A DNA stretch of 64,000 bases from a bacterium (lineage in GTDB: Bacteria; UBA8248): NCBI GenBank assembly GCA_965213625.1, contig CBDBZU010000004.1, positions 2,272,001 to 2,336,000 on the forward strand. Direction: 5' to 3'. Numbering within the stretch: the first letter of the stretch is position 1; every line of letters starts with the position of its first letter. Made by a program: the position numbers and the translations under genes. Shown here piece after piece: positions 60,720-64,000 of the stretch. The notes under the pieces were generated by a model that saw only the letters and a program-made list of their open reading frames with translations, searched no databases and had not been told where the DNA came from.

Positions 60720-64000
<3,281 letters not shown>

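Overview
Bacterial chromosomal window, GC-rich, diderm-type gene content; the dcw-ylm gene order resembles Deltaproteobacteria/Nitrospinota-like lineages (inference only). 1-17.2 kb is core: dcw cluster (murE'-murF-mraY-murD-ftsW-murG-murC-murB-ftsQ-ftsA-ftsZ, no ddl), pgeF-yggS-proC-yggT-divIVA-yggU, mtnA and tRNA-Asp. 17.5-55.8 kb is accessory metabolism: duplicated NitT/TauT binding proteins with permease/ATPase, CoA-transferase, cupin, FGE-like protein, a MauG-like/cytochrome c/beta-propeller operon, E1 alpha/beta genes split by an IS1182 inserted in a hairpin, a divergent adenine-deaminase/SDR/sugar-ABC operon, RND pump, Zn-dehydrogenase, queF and an orphan Mo-hydroxylase subunit. The window ends with tRNA-Ala(CGC), class II ribonucleotide reductase nrdJ and a partial pyruvate carboxylase. 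Top observations: (1) a four-unit array of two-hairpin RNA modules with an invariant 20-nt loop, compensatory stem changes and minus-strand G-U pairs, filling the gap between the nrdJ stop and the tRNA-Ala promoter; (2) an AhpD/CMD gene split by the ORF caller that reads through an in-frame UGA in a CxxU motif followed by a SECIS-like hairpin, a probable selenoprotein; (3) a stand-alone highly acidic 60-aa peptide gene; (4) a 39-bp TTTATC-repeat element shared by two distant intergenic regions. All calls are from manual reading; no database searches were run.
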